This document shows, in pieces, positions 1-9,352 of a stretch of 64,000 nucleotides of DNA. The DNA is taken from NCBI GenBank assembly GCA_963747235.1, contig CAVVEU010000040.1:448001-512000 (forward strand), written 5' to 3'. The notes beneath the pieces are model-generated. The model had not been told where the DNA came from. It was given only the letters and a program-made list of their open reading frames with translations, and made no database searches. This stretch comes from an uncultured Candidatus Rokubacteria bacterium (GTDB lineage: Bacteria; Methylomirabilota; Methylomirabilia; Rokubacteriales; CSP1-6). The translations under genes and the position numbers were made by a program. How positions within the stretch are numbered: the stretch's first letter is position 1; the number at the start of each line of letters is the position of its first letter.

Positions 1-740
1 CCCAGCACGGGCCGCTCGCACCCGGCCGCGAGCCGCTGGACGAGCCGGCGCTCGAGCTCCGCGCGCTCCGCCGCGCCGTCGTAGGCGAACGTGGTGAGGC
101 GCCGGTAGAGGCCCTCGACGGCCTGGCGGGCGGCCGGGTCCGTGATGGCGGGCGCCTGGAGCAGGTAGGCGTGAAACCATCCCTCCTTGAGCCAGGGCGG
201 CGCGAAGGTGCCGCCCGCGCCGATCGCGTGCGCGGCCAGCAGGCCCTGGAGGTCCACCTCCTCGACGGTCACCGGCCGGGACGGCGGGCCCGCGGGTGCC
301 GTCTCGACGGCCTTGCGCGCGGCCTGGGCGAGATCCCAGTGCTGGAGATAGTCCGCGTGATAGGGCGTGATCGCGTACGGATGCGCGACGTGACCGGCGC
401 GCGGACCGCCCAGGCTCTTGCCGGCACGCGAGGCGGCGGCGCAGCGGGCCGGGGCGTCGGCCGGCGCCGGGTTGAACCGCGCGACCAGGTAGCCCCCGAG
501 CGAGTCCACGGAGGTGACGTGGGCCGGGAGCCGGCCGCCCGCGAAGGGATCGCCGCCGACATAGGCGTGCAGCGTGCCGTTGCGCAGGAGCGGCACCGCG
601 GCGGCCGGGGAGAGCGCCTCGATGCGGATCTCCTGCGGGTAGTAGCCGGGATAGAACGGCAGCTCGTGCCCGGCGCGCGCGGGAGGCGCGCCGCCGGCGA
701 ACACGAGCATCAACGCAACGGCGAGACCGCGGGTGAACAC
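1..740 (-). CDS. Exported hypothetical protein, runs off the left edge (partial)
   Basis: Own translation from GTG 740: MFTRGLAVALMLVFAGGAPPARA-GHELPFYPGYYPQEIRIE...; signal peptide with AxA site; absent from the ORF track, presumably because no stop lies in the window. Confidence 0.75.
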   Translation of the reverse strand, partial: MFTRGLAVALMLVFAGGAPPARAGHELPFYPGYYPQEIRIEALSPAAAVPLLRNGTLHAYVGGDPFAGGRLPAHVTSVDSLGGYLVARFNPAPADAPARCAAASRAGKSLGGPRAGHVAHPYAITPYHADYLQHWDLAQAARKAVETAPAGPPSRPVTVEEVDLQGLLAAHAIGAGGTFAPPWLKEGWFHAYLLQAPAITDPAARQAVEGLYRRLTTFAYDGAAERAELERRLVQRLAAGCERPVL

Positions 741-745
741 AGGAG

Positions 746-833
746 CCCCCTCACCCCGGCCCTCTCCCCGACGGGGAGAGGGGGCAGCGAGACTCCCTCT
801 CCCCCGCGAGGGGGAGAGGGCAGGGTGAGGGGG
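746..833. repeat. REP-like palindromic repeat family A, inverted doublet
   Basis: CCCCTCACCCCGGCCCTCTCCCC-GAC-GGGGAGAGGG followed by inverted copy CCCTCTCCCCC-GCGA-GGGGGAGAGGGCAGGGTGAGGGG. Confidence 0.9.
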
Positions 834-847
834 CGTGTCCGTGTGAC

Positions 848-2233
848 CTAGGCCTTCATCTGCGGCCAGGTCTTGTCGATCCAGGTATACGTGGAGGTCG
901 GCTCCCCCTTCGGCCAGCCGGGAGGCGCCGTGATGTTGCGGATCGGGATCGTGATGATGCGGGTCGGATCCAGGATCTGGAACGGATAGTCGGGCGAGTT
1001 CATGCTGAAGCCCGTCATCGCGTCCTTGTAGCCCTGGTGCGTATCGGGCCGGATGTACACGTAGCCGGCGGGCCCGGCGTGCATCGCGCCCTCGAGCTGG
1101 CTGATGATCGCGTCGTCGTCCGGCCAGCCGCCCATCAGCTTGTTGGCCTTCTCGACCGCGGTCTTCAGCATGTACAGCGTCGAGTACGCGCCCTCCGACT
1201 GGAAGTTCGGATACTCCTTCCACCGGTCGAAGTACTTCTTCACGAACTCGGTGTTGAGCGGCCAGCGATTGTTCGGCGGGTAGTTGAAGTAGTAGTTGGA
1301 GTGCACGCCCGCGATCGCGCCCTCGGGATGATCCTTGCCGATCGCGTGCGGGGCCACTCCGAAGGCGATGGTGGAGGCGAACTTCATCTTCTTGAACATG
1401 TCGTAGCGGAGCGCCTGCTTGTACATGGCCACGTAGTCGCCGCCCCACACCGAGGACACCAGGAGGTCCGGCTTCGACGAGATGGCCTTGGTGATGTGGG
1501 AGGTGAAGTCGGTGGTCCCGAGCTTGGGCCAGCCCTCCGACACCACCTGGGCCCCCGGCACCATCTTCTTCATCACGATGTTGAAGTGGTCGAAGGCGTT
1601 CCGCCCGTAGGAGTAATCGGGATGGATGTGGGCGACCCGCTTGATCTGTTTGCCCCACGTCATGGCCGCGGCGACCGCGCAGGTGACGCCGTCGGCCGAC
1701 TGGATATTGGTGATGCGGAAGATGTAGTGCGGGTTCGGCACCGCCTTGTCGAAGAGAAAGTCGGTGCAGCCGTCCACGAAGATGGTGAGCAGCTTCAGCT
1801 CCTCGGCCACCGGCCCGAGCGCGGGCGTGTTGCCGCTCGAGATGACCCCGGTGAAGAGGTCGACCTTCTCCGACAGCTTGAGCCGCCGCATCTCCTTCAC
1901 GTTGGCGTCGGTGCCCGCGTTCTCGTCGGCCTTGAACGTCTCGATCTTGCGCTTGCCGAGCAGGCCGCCCTGCGCATTGATCTCCTCCGCGGCGAGCGTG
2001 TGCCCCTTGAAGGAGGGCTCGCCCAGCACCGCGGCGGCGCCGGTGAAGAAGGTCATGTGGGCGATCTTGTACGGCGTGTCCGGGATCGTGCCCTTGGGCT
2101 GCGCGTGCGCTTGCGAGATCAGCGGCACGGCGGCGAGGGGTACGCCGGCGGCGGTGGCGGCGCCGGCGGCGGCGGTGCCGACGGTCACGCCCAGACGGGC
2201 CAGGAAATCTCGACGGCTCACTTCTTGGGTCAT
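848..2233 (-). CDS. Branched-chain amino acid-type ABC substrate-binding protein, Tat-exported
   Basis: MTQEVSRRDFL twin-arginine signal; AEEINAQGGLLG and PDYSYG LivJ-like motifs; GAGG upstream. Confidence 0.9.
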   Translation of the reverse strand: MTQEVSRRDFLARLGVTVGTAAAGAATAAGVPLAAVPLISQAHAQPKGTIPDTPYKIAHMTFFTGAAAVLGEPSFKGHTLAAEEINAQGGLLGKRKIETFKADENAGTDANVKEMRRLKLSEKVDLFTGVISSGNTPALGPVAEELKLLTIFVDGCTDFLFDKAVPNPHYIFRITNIQSADGVTCAVAAAMTWGKQIKRVAHIHPDYSYGRNAFDHFNIVMKKMVPGAQVVSEGWPKLGTTDFTSHITKAISSKPDLLVSSVWGGDYVAMYKQALRYDMFKKMKFASTIAFGVAPHAIGKDHPEGAIAGVHSNYYFNYPPNNRWPLNTEFVKKYFDRWKEYPNFQSEGAYSTLYMLKTAVEKANKLMGGWPDDDAIISQLEGAMHAGPAGYVYIRPDTHQGYKDAMTGFSMNSPDYPFQILDPTRIITIPIRNITAPPGWPKGEPTSTYTWIDKTWPQMKA

Positions 2234-2350
2234 GTGTGCTCCCTCCTCATGGAGAGGCCGGTTAAGGACAGTCGGGCAGGTACCGGGCGGATCATCCGTC
2301 GCCATACTGCCCCAGCCACCGAGGCAACCGCAAGGATCTCGCGCACCGGC

Positions 2351-2356
2351 TATAAT
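2351..2356 (+). promoter_or_regulatory. Consensus -10 box upstream of the 2376 gene
   Basis: Perfect TATAAT in a very GC-rich divergent intergenic region. Confidence 0.5.
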
Positions 2357-2375
2357 CGGGCCCGGGGTCCGGGCC

Positions 2376-3104
2376 ATGGGCGTGGTGAGACGAGTTCTGA
2401 CGGGAATCGGCCGGGCGCTGCGCGCGCGGCCACGGCTCTTCGTCGGCGTGGCCGCCGCGGTCCTGGTCCTGGACGTCCTGGTGCCGGTCGCGGTCCTCTC
2501 GATCGCTCGCGTCCGGGTGGACTACTTCACCTTCAATCCCTGGCTCGGGAACCTGCCGGGCTACCTGGCCTCCGGCAAGGGCACGCTCGGGGAGCGGCTG
2601 GGACGGGCCTGGGAGCTGGCGCTCTTCTGGTTCTCGGCCGACGGCGTCTTCGGCATCGACTGGGGCTTCGCGGTGACCACCGCCGATCTCGCCCGCTTCC
2701 TCCTGATGGGCGCGCTGGTCGGCGCCTACTTCGCGCTCTGGGCGCACCGGCGCGCCGGGGCCGGCGGGGCGGCGGGCTGGCGGATGCGCGCGGGTAGGCA
2801 GGGCGGGATGCTCGGCGCGGCGGGCAGCGTGTGCGGGCTGGCCACCGGCGGCTGCACCGTCATGGGCTGCGGCGCGCCGGTGATCCCGGTCGTGGGCCTG
2901 GCCTTCGTCGGGCTCTCGAGCACCACGCTCACCCTGTTCGCCCAGGTCTCGACCTACGCGACGCTCGCGGTGATCGGGGGACTCACGGCCGGGGTGATTT
3001 ACCTCGCGTGGCGCGTGGGCGCCGCGCCCCCTCACCCTGCCCTCTCCCCCTCCGGGGGCGAGGGTTCAGCCTCCCTCTCCCCTCTGGGGAGAGGGTCGGG
3101 GTGA
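2376..3104 (+). CDS. Polytopic membrane protein of unknown function with a Cys-rich motif
   Basis: ATG 2376; several hydrophobic segments; SVCGLATGGCTVMGCGAP motif; C-terminus encoded by a repeat. Confidence 0.75.
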   Translation: MGVVRRVLTGIGRALRARPRLFVGVAAAVLVLDVLVPVAVLSIARVRVDYFTFNPWLGNLPGYLASGKGTLGERLGRAWELALFWFSADGVFGIDWGFAVTTADLARFLLMGALVGAYFALWAHRRAGAGGAAGWRMRAGRQGGMLGAAGSVCGLATGGCTVMGCGAPVIPVVGLAFVGLSSTTLTLFAQVSTYATLAVIGGLTAGVIYLAWRVGAAPPHPALSPSGGEGSASLSPLGRGSG

Positions 3105-3108
3105 GGGG
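3027..3108. repeat. REP-like family A, inverted doublet overlapping the 3' end of the CDS
   Basis: CCCCTCACCCTGCCCTCTCCCCC...GGGGAGAGGGTCGGGGTGAGGGG. Confidence 0.9.
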
Positions 3109-3115
3109 CCCGATT

Positions 3116-3910
3116 CTAGCGGCCCTTGAACTGGGGCTCGCGCTTCTCGACGAAGGCGCGCGCGGCCTCGCGGTGATCCTCGGTCATGCCGGTGCGCGTG
3201 TGGTTCCACGCCTCGAGGTCGAGCATGTCTTTCAGGGACGCGGTTTCCGCGGCGTTCATGTTCCGCTTCATGTAGCGATAGGCCACGCGCGGCCCGCGGG
3301 CCAGGCGTGAGGCGAGCGCCATCGTCTCCTCCTCGAGGCGCGCGTCGGCCACCACCCGGTTCACCAGGCCCAGGCCGAGCGCCTGCTGCGCGTCGAGCAG
3401 GTCCGCGGTGAAGTAGAGCTCGCGCGCCTTGGCGGTGCCCACGAGCTGGGTCAGGTAGTAGCTGCCGCCGAAGTCGCCGGAGTAGCCGACGCGCGCGAAG
3501 GCGGTGCCGAGCTTCACGGTGTCGCTCGCGATGCGCATGTCGCAGGCCATCGCCAGCGAGAGCCCGGCGCCCGCGGCCGGCCCCCGCATCATCGCGATGG
3601 TGGGCTTGGGCATCTCGTGGAGCCACCGCGAGGTCTCCATCCGCGAGCGCAGCGCCTGCGCCCGATCCTCCATGGTCTGGCCGCCCAGCTCGTTGCCCTC
3701 CGCCATGGCCTTGACGTCGCCGCCCGCGCAGAAGCCGCGGCCGGCCCCGGTGAGCACGACCACGCCGACCGCCGGATCCTCGGCCAGCCGCGGGAGGGCT
3801 TCCAGCAGCGCGTCCAGCATCGGCCGCGACATCGCGTTCAACCGATCGGGGCGGTTGAGGGTCAGCACGGCCACTCCGTCCTTCACCTGCTCGATCAGAT
3901 CGGTGCTCAT
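3116..3910 (-). CDS. Enoyl-CoA hydratase/isomerase (crotonase) family protein
   Basis: LTLNRPDRLNA, GRGFCAGGDV, GAGLSLAMACD motifs; start MSTDL with GGAG RBS. Confidence 0.92.
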   Translation of the reverse strand: MSTDLIEQVKDGVAVLTLNRPDRLNAMSRPMLDALLEALPRLAEDPAVGVVVLTGAGRGFCAGGDVKAMAEGNELGGQTMEDRAQALRSRMETSRWLHEMPKPTIAMMRGPAAGAGLSLAMACDMRIASDTVKLGTAFARVGYSGDFGGSYYLTQLVGTAKARELYFTADLLDAQQALGLGLVNRVVADARLEEETMALASRLARGPRVAYRYMKRNMNAAETASLKDMLDLEAWNHTRTGMTEDHREAARAFVEKREPQFKGR

Positions 3911-3994
3911 CGTGGGTCTCCTCCGGCGGCGCCGCCGGATCGTCGTGAGAAATCGGATAGCGTGGACGGGTGATTGTACAATGAAGGCCCGACC

Positions 3995-4933
3995 ATGAAG
4001 CACGCGATGGTGTGGCTGATCGCGGTGGCGTGCAGCGCGGCCGCGGTGCCGTCCACGGCGGCGGACCGCGCGACCCAGTCGCACACGCTCGAGGTCGACG
4101 GCCTCACCCGCACCTACCTGCTGCACGTGCCGCCGACCCTGCCCGCGGGCCCCGCGCCGCTCGTGCTCGTCTTTCACGGCGGGGGCGGCAACGGCCCCGG
4201 CACCGAGCGCCTCACCCGCTTCAGCGAGCTGGCCGATCGCGAGGGCGTCCTCGTCGCGTATCCGGAAGGCGTCGGCCGGAACTGGTACGACGGGCGCGAG
4301 TTCGCCAGCGGCTCGCGCGCCCACCGCGAGCGGATCGACGACGTGGGGTTCGTGGCCGCGCTGCTGGACGCCATCGCGCGCGCGCACGCGGTGGACCCGC
4401 GGCGGATCTACGCCACCGGCATCTCCAACGGCGCGGTCTTCTCCCACTATCTCGCCGCGCACCTCTCCGCGCGCATCGCGGCCATCGCGCCGGTGGTCGG
4501 CGGGATCGCCGATCCGCCCGACGCCTGGCTGCGGCCCGAGCGGCCGGTCTCGGTGCTGATCCTGCAGGGCACGGCGGATCCGCTGGTGCCGTACCGGGGC
4601 GGCGCCATCGCCTTCGGACGCGGCCGGATCATCGACACGGAGGACGCGACGCGCCGCTGGGCCCGGCTCAACGGGACCGCGACCGAGCCCCGGCCGACGG
4701 TGCTGCCCGCGCCCGGACCAGCGCCCGGAAAGGATCACTGCGGGGGCCTCCGGCTCACGTACTCGGGCGGGCGCGACGGCAGCGAGGTGGTGCTGGTGCG
4801 GCTCGACGGCGGCGGCCACACGTGGCCCGGCGGCGGCCAGTATCTCCCGGAGGGGCTCATCGGCCGCGTGTGCCGCGATTTCAGCGCCACCACGGTCATC
4901 TGGGAGTTCTTCCGCACCCATCCGAAGCCGTAG
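3995..4933 (+). CDS. Secreted PHB depolymerase/LpqP-like esterase
   Basis: Signal peptide; LVFHGGGG, GISNG nucleophile elbow, GTADP, GGGHTWPG. Confidence 0.88.
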   Translation: MKHAMVWLIAVACSAAAVPSTAADRATQSHTLEVDGLTRTYLLHVPPTLPAGPAPLVLVFHGGGGNGPGTERLTRFSELADREGVLVAYPEGVGRNWYDGREFASGSRAHRERIDDVGFVAALLDAIARAHAVDPRRIYATGISNGAVFSHYLAAHLSARIAAIAPVVGGIADPPDAWLRPERPVSVLILQGTADPLVPYRGGAIAFGRGRIIDTEDATRRWARLNGTATEPRPTVLPAPGPAPGKDHCGGLRLTYSGGRDGSEVVLVRLDGGGHTWPGGGQYLPEGLIGRVCRDFSATTVIWEFFRTHPKP

Positions 4934-4977
4934 CACGGTATGCTCGCGCGAATCCACCCACGGAGGCCGCGCGACCA

Positions 4978-5475
4978 GTGATCGCCCCGGATGAGATCGA
5001 GCAGCGGGTACGGCAGGTCCTCGACGGCCTCGGCCTGCCCCACGAGATGGTCGAGATCGATCCGCAGTACGCCGACACCGCCGCGTTCTGCGCGCAGTAC
5101 GGCTACCCGCCGGAGCAATCGGCCAACACTATCATCGTCGGCTCCAAGAAGGAGCCGAAGCAGTACTGCGCCTGCGTGGTCCGCGCCACCCGGCGGGTGG
5201 ACGTCAATCACACGGTGCGCAAGCTGCTCGGCGTCTCCCGGCTCTCCTTCGCGGATCCGGAGGAGACCCGCGCGCTCACCGGCATGATGCTGGGCGGCGT
5301 CACCGTGTTCGCGCTGCCCGCCGATCTGCCGATCTACGTGGACGAAGGGCTGATGCCCCTGCCCTGGATCATCCTGGGCGGCGGGAGCCGCTCGCTGAAG
5401 GTGAAGATCTCGCCGGAGGTGTTCCGCGTGCTGCCCGGCGCGACGGTCACGCCGGGGCTGGTGACGGAGCCGTAG
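4978..5475 (+). CDS. YbaK/EbsC family aminoacyl-tRNA deacylase-like protein
   Basis: SANTIIV, LSFADPEET, TGMMLGGVTVF, GGGSRS motifs. Confidence 0.85.
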   Translation: MIAPDEIEQRVRQVLDGLGLPHEMVEIDPQYADTAAFCAQYGYPPEQSANTIIVGSKKEPKQYCACVVRATRRVDVNHTVRKLLGVSRLSFADPEETRALTGMMLGGVTVFALPADLPIYVDEGLMPLPWIILGGGSRSLKVKISPEVFRVLPGATVTPGLVTEP

Positions 5476-5482
5476 AGCCCGA

Positions 5483-5516
5483 CCCTCACCCTGCCCTCTC
5501 CCCAGAGGGGAGAGGG
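5483..5516. repeat. REP-like family A, single unit between convergent genes
   Basis: CCCTCACCCTGCCCTCTCCCC-AGA-GGGGAGAGGG. Confidence 0.88.
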
Positions 5517-5518
5517 CG

Positions 5519-6334
5519 CTATTCGCGCAGGGCGCCGGCCAGGAGGCCGCGGACCAGGTAGCGCTGAAAGCCCACCACGATCAGGATGGGCGGCAGGCTC
5601 GCCAGCAGCGAGGCGGCCGCGATGTCGCCCCAGGGCACCTCGAACACGCCGGGAAAGAGCGCCAGCGCGACCGGCACCGTGCGGCTGGCCTCGGTGGCCG
5701 TGAAGCTGTAGGCGAACAGGAACTCGTTCCACGAGAACAGGAACGCGAGCAGCGCGGCGGACGCCATGCCCGGCGCCACCAGCGGTAGAACAACCCATCT
5801 GAGAATCGCCAGGCGGTCGGCGCCATCCGTCGCCGCCGCCTCCTCGAGTGCCCGGGGGATCTCGCGGATGAAACCGGTGAGCAGCCAGATCACCAGCGGC
5901 AGGGCGAACGAGCCATTCGCCAGGATGAGGGCCAGCCACGTGTCACGCAGGCCCAGCGCGCGCATCAGGAGATACAGCGGGCTCACGGTGGCGATCTGCG
6001 GAAACGCGGTGGCCGCGATCATCGCGAGCAGGATCACGCCGCGGCCCCGCACCGGCAGCCGCGCGAGCGCGTAGGCGGCCAGCGCCCCGAGCCCCACCGC
6101 GAGCAGCGTGCTGAGGAGCGCGATGCCCAGGCTGTTGACGAGGGCGCGCGGCATCAGGCTCTGGCGGAACACCACGTCGTAGTGCGCCCACGTGAGATGG
6201 CTCGGCAGGAGCCGCGTCAAGGGCAGCAGCTCGGCGTCGGGCCGCACCGAGGTCAGCGCCTGCCAGAAGAAGGGCGACGCGTAGCACGCCAGGGCGAGCA
6301 GCACCAGGCCGTCGCGCAGCCGGCCCGCCCTCAC
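5519..6334 (-). CDS. Carbohydrate ABC transporter permease (MalG-type)
   Basis: EEAAATDGA EAA loop; FLFSWNEFLFA; GTG start overlaps upstream stop. Confidence 0.9.
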   Translation of the reverse strand: MRAGRLRDGLVLLALACYASPFFWQALTSVRPDAELLPLTRLLPSHLTWAHYDVVFRQSLMPRALVNSLGIALLSTLLAVGLGALAAYALARLPVRGRGVILLAMIAATAFPQIATVSPLYLLMRALGLRDTWLALILANGSFALPLVIWLLTGFIREIPRALEEAAATDGADRLAILRWVVLPLVAPGMASAALLAFLFSWNEFLFAYSFTATEASRTVPVALALFPGVFEVPWGDIAAASLLASLPPILIVVGFQRYLVRGLLAGALRE

Positions 6335-7188
6335 GCGGTCCGCTCCTGCCGGCCGATCAGGCGCAGGTAGAGGGCCGCGACGACCATCACGAGCGCGAAG
6401 ACCACGACGCCGATGGCGGAGCCGAAGCCGATCTGGAGCGTCTGGAACAGGGCGCGATAGGCGTAGACCGTCAGCGACTCGGTGCTGCCCGCCGGCCCCC
6501 CGCCGGTCAGCACGAACATGATGTCGAAGGCGCGGATCGCGTCGAGCGTGCGGAAGAGCAGGGTCACGAGGAGGATCGGCCGCACGAGGGGCCAGGTGAT
6601 GCGGGCGAAGGCCTGGAGCCCCGCGGCGCCGTCCACCTCGGCGGCCTCGTAGAGCTCGGGCGGAATCGTCAGGAGCCGCGCGTAGCAGAGCAGCGCCACG
6701 AACGGCGTCGCGCGCCACACGTCGGCCAGGATCAGCGACGGCAGGGCCAGGTCCGGATCGCCGAGCCAGTTGATCGCGCGGCCGCCCAGCAGGAAGTTCA
6801 CGAGCCCGCCCGCGGGATGGTAGAGCCACTCGAACATCTTGGCCGTCACCACCGACGGCAGCGCCCAGGCCAGGAGCAGCAGCGCCAGCGCGGTGCGACG
6901 CCCGTCACGCTGCCCGCGGAGCGCCACCGCGATGGCCAGGCCCAGCGCGCCCTCCAGCGCGACGGAGGCCACCGTGAACACGCCGGTCACCCACGCCGCG
7001 TTCCAGAAGCGCGTGTCCACCGCGAGAAACGCGAAGTGCTCGAGCCCGGCCCAGCGCGCGATGCCGAACACCGGGATGCGGTACTGGAGCGCGAGCCACA
7101 GCACCCAGAGCGCGGGGTACACGGTGAGCGTGCCGAGGACGAGCAGGGCCGGTGACAGGAGAAGCCAGGCCAGGCCGCGGTCGCTCAC
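6331..7188 (-). CDS. Carbohydrate ABC transporter permease (MalF-type)
   Basis: LYEAAEVDGA EAA loop; FVLTGGGP motif. Confidence 0.9.
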   Translation of the reverse strand: MSDRGLAWLLLSPALLVLGTLTVYPALWVLWLALQYRIPVFGIARWAGLEHFAFLAVDTRFWNAAWVTGVFTVASVALEGALGLAIAVALRGQRDGRRTALALLLLAWALPSVVTAKMFEWLYHPAGGLVNFLLGGRAINWLGDPDLALPSLILADVWRATPFVALLCYARLLTIPPELYEAAEVDGAAGLQAFARITWPLVRPILLVTLLFRTLDAIRAFDIMFVLTGGGPAGSTESLTVYAYRALFQTLQIGFGSAIGVVVFALVMVVAALYLRLIGRQERTA

Positions 7189-8483
7189 GGCGCCACGGAG
7201 CGCAGGAGGTGCTGGATCTGGGCGGTGGCGTCGCGCATCGCGCGGTCGGGGGACTTGCGGCCGACCAGGACCGCGGAGAACTCGGGCTGGAGCGTGGTGG
7301 AGAGCATCAGGTAGTAGGGCGTGATCGGGCGCGGGTGGCCGCGGAGCATCAGTCCGTGGAGCGCGGGCAGGCTCGGATCGCGCGCGACCAGCGCGGCGTC
7401 GCGATAGAGCGCGGGGCGCGAGGGGCGGAGCGCGGCGCCCTCGGTCATCGCGCGCTGGGCGGCCTCGCTGGTGAGAAAGCGCACGAGCGCCACCGCCAGG
7501 TCCCGGTGCCGCGTGCGCGCGCTCACCGCCAGGTGCGCGCCGCCGGTGGAGGCGGCGCCGACCGGGCCGTGGCGCAGGCGCGGGATCGGCGCCACGCCCA
7601 CCTTGCCGCGCACGCGCGAGCCCGGCAGCTCGAAGAGATCGAGCGCGTAGGGCCAGCCCCGCAGGAAGATGGCGCGGCCGTCGCCGAAGGGCCGGCGCGT
7701 CAGCTCCTCGTCCGCCGCGGTGACCCAGGCCGGGCTCACGCCGCTCTCGATGAGGTCGCGCAGGAAGGCGAGCGATTCGCGCGCCCGCTCGGGTTCGGGG
7801 AACGGCCGCCCCGCCTCGTCGAGGAGCCGCGCCCCGTTGGCCCAGAGCGCCTCCAGCACGTTGACCATGCCGCCCTCGTACTGCTTGCCCTGCCAGAGAT
7901 AGCCGTCGAGCTTCGGATCGCGCTCCCCCGCCTGGATCCGCCGCACCTGCCCGGTCAGCTCGTCGTAGGTCTCGGGCGGGCGGAAGCCGTACTTGGTCAG
8001 CAGGTCGGCGCGGTAGTAGAGCAGACCCACGTTCATGAACCAGGGCAGCGCCCAGAGCCGCCCGTCCTGCCGCGCGGGCTCGATCGCGGTCGGGAAGTGC
8101 GCGTCGCGCTCGGCCGGGGTCACCGACGCGGTGAGATCCAGGATCCAGCCCGCGCGCGCGAACTCGGGCACCCAGATCACGTCGAGCATCATCACGTCGA
8201 AGGGCGGGCCGCCGCCTTCGAGGTTGATCACGTAGAACTGATGCTGCTCGTCCGAGCTCCAGGTGAGCGCCTCGCTCTGCACGCGCACGCCGGGGTGCTC
8301 GGCCTCGAAGCGCCGCAGCAAGCCGGGCACCGGGTCGGCGGGCCCCAGGATCTTGGCGTGCTTGAAGACCAGCGTGATCGGCGCGCCCGCGACAGGACGC
8401 TCCCGGCACCCGCCCAGCACGAGGGCGAGGAGCAATGAGACGAGGAGGCCGGCGGCCGCGGCGCGCGCCGGACAGGGCGCCAT
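7185..8483 (-). CDS. Sugar ABC substrate-binding lipoprotein (family 1)
   Basis: LGGC lipobox; DVIWVPEFA, LLYYRADLL, WQGKQYEG motifs typical of trehalose/maltose-type binding proteins. Confidence 0.9.
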   Translation of the reverse strand: MAPCPARAAAAGLLVSLLLALVLGGCRERPVAGAPITLVFKHAKILGPADPVPGLLRRFEAEHPGVRVQSEALTWSSDEQHQFYVINLEGGGPPFDVMMLDVIWVPEFARAGWILDLTASVTPAERDAHFPTAIEPARQDGRLWALPWFMNVGLLYYRADLLTKYGFRPPETYDELTGQVRRIQAGERDPKLDGYLWQGKQYEGGMVNVLEALWANGARLLDEAGRPFPEPERARESLAFLRDLIESGVSPAWVTAADEELTRRPFGDGRAIFLRGWPYALDLFELPGSRVRGKVGVAPIPRLRHGPVGAASTGGAHLAVSARTRHRDLAVALVRFLTSEAAQRAMTEGAALRPSRPALYRDAALVARDPSLPALHGLMLRGHPRPITPYYLMLSTTLQPEFSAVLVGRKSPDRAMRDATAQIQHLLRSVAP

Positions 8484-8501
8484 GGGCGGCGGCCCCGCGG
8501 G

Positions 8502-9296
8502 CTAGCCCGCGCCCAGCATGTCGCGCAGGGCGCCGCCCTCGGTCTTGAAGTAGTCGAACAGCACGCTCACGTCCCAGCCCATGCAGAAGTGCCGGACGCC
8601 CTGGTCGAGATAGGCCTTCGCCTCGCTCGGATGCGAGATCTCGGCGCGCGGAGCGATGCCGAGCCGGAGCGCGGTCTTGATCACGTGCCGCTCCGCCTCG
8701 ATCACGCGCGGATGGTTCCACTGCCCCGGCAGGCCGATGCTCATCGAGTAGTCGGCGGGGCCGAACTGGACCATGTCCACCCCCTTCACCGACAGCATCG
8801 CCTCCAGGTTCTCCACCGCGGAGGCCTTCTCGATCATCACCGCCACCACCGCGTCCTCGAGCGCCTGGACGAACGCGGGCGAGCCCACGTCCATCACGTA
8901 GCCCACGTCGCGGCGCATCCCCACGCCGTGGATGCCGCCCGCCTCGGGCGTCTCGGCGCGCACGCTCCGCACGCACTCGCGCACGTCCTCGGGCGTGCGC
9001 GGATCGGCGAAGAGCACGTTCTGGATGCCCGAGCCGATGGCCCGCACCGCGAGGTAGGTGCGCGGCTGCTGCTCGACCTTGAACATGGCCGACATGTGGT
9101 CGAAGGTGTTCACCGCCCGCCCCAGGTTCTCGAGCGCGAAGAGATCATAGGGCGCGTACTCGCCCGCGAACTCCACGTAGTCGAAGACCCCCGCGTGACC
9201 CGCCAGCTCCACCACCGCCGGCCACGCCGAATGGATGTGCGTGCCCAGCGTGGGCCGTCCCGCCCGCAGCAGCTCCCGGAGTCGATTGGGTCGCAT
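8502..9296 (-). CDS. HpcH/HpaI family aldolase
   Basis: VMIEKASAVENLE and VQFGPADYSMSIG motifs. Confidence 0.88.
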   Translation of the reverse strand: MRPNRLRELLRAGRPTLGTHIHSAWPAVVELAGHAGVFDYVEFAGEYAPYDLFALENLGRAVNTFDHMSAMFKVEQQPRTYLAVRAIGSGIQNVLFADPRTPEDVRECVRSVRAETPEAGGIHGVGMRRDVGYVMDVGSPAFVQALEDAVVAVMIEKASAVENLEAMLSVKGVDMVQFGPADYSMSIGLPGQWNHPRVIEAERHVIKTALRLGIAPRAEISHPSEAKAYLDQGVRHFCMGWDVSVLFDYFKTEGGALRDMLGAG

Positions 9297-9302
9297 GCGC
9301 CG

Positions 9303-9346
9303 AGTCTAGGGGGGCAGGTGCGCCCCGTCAATCGCCGCGCTATACT
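9303..9346. promoter_or_regulatory. Divergent sigma70-type promoters, both apparently leaderless
   Basis: Minus strand TTGACG-17-TAGACT-6 nt-ATG(9296); plus strand TATACT(9341-9346)-6 nt-GTG(9353). Confidence 0.65.
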
Positions 9347-9352
9347 CCCCCG

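Noticed and set aside
746-5516. Palindromic repeats as a CRISPR array
   Set aside because: Dispersed copies with no regular repeat-spacer period and no cas genes
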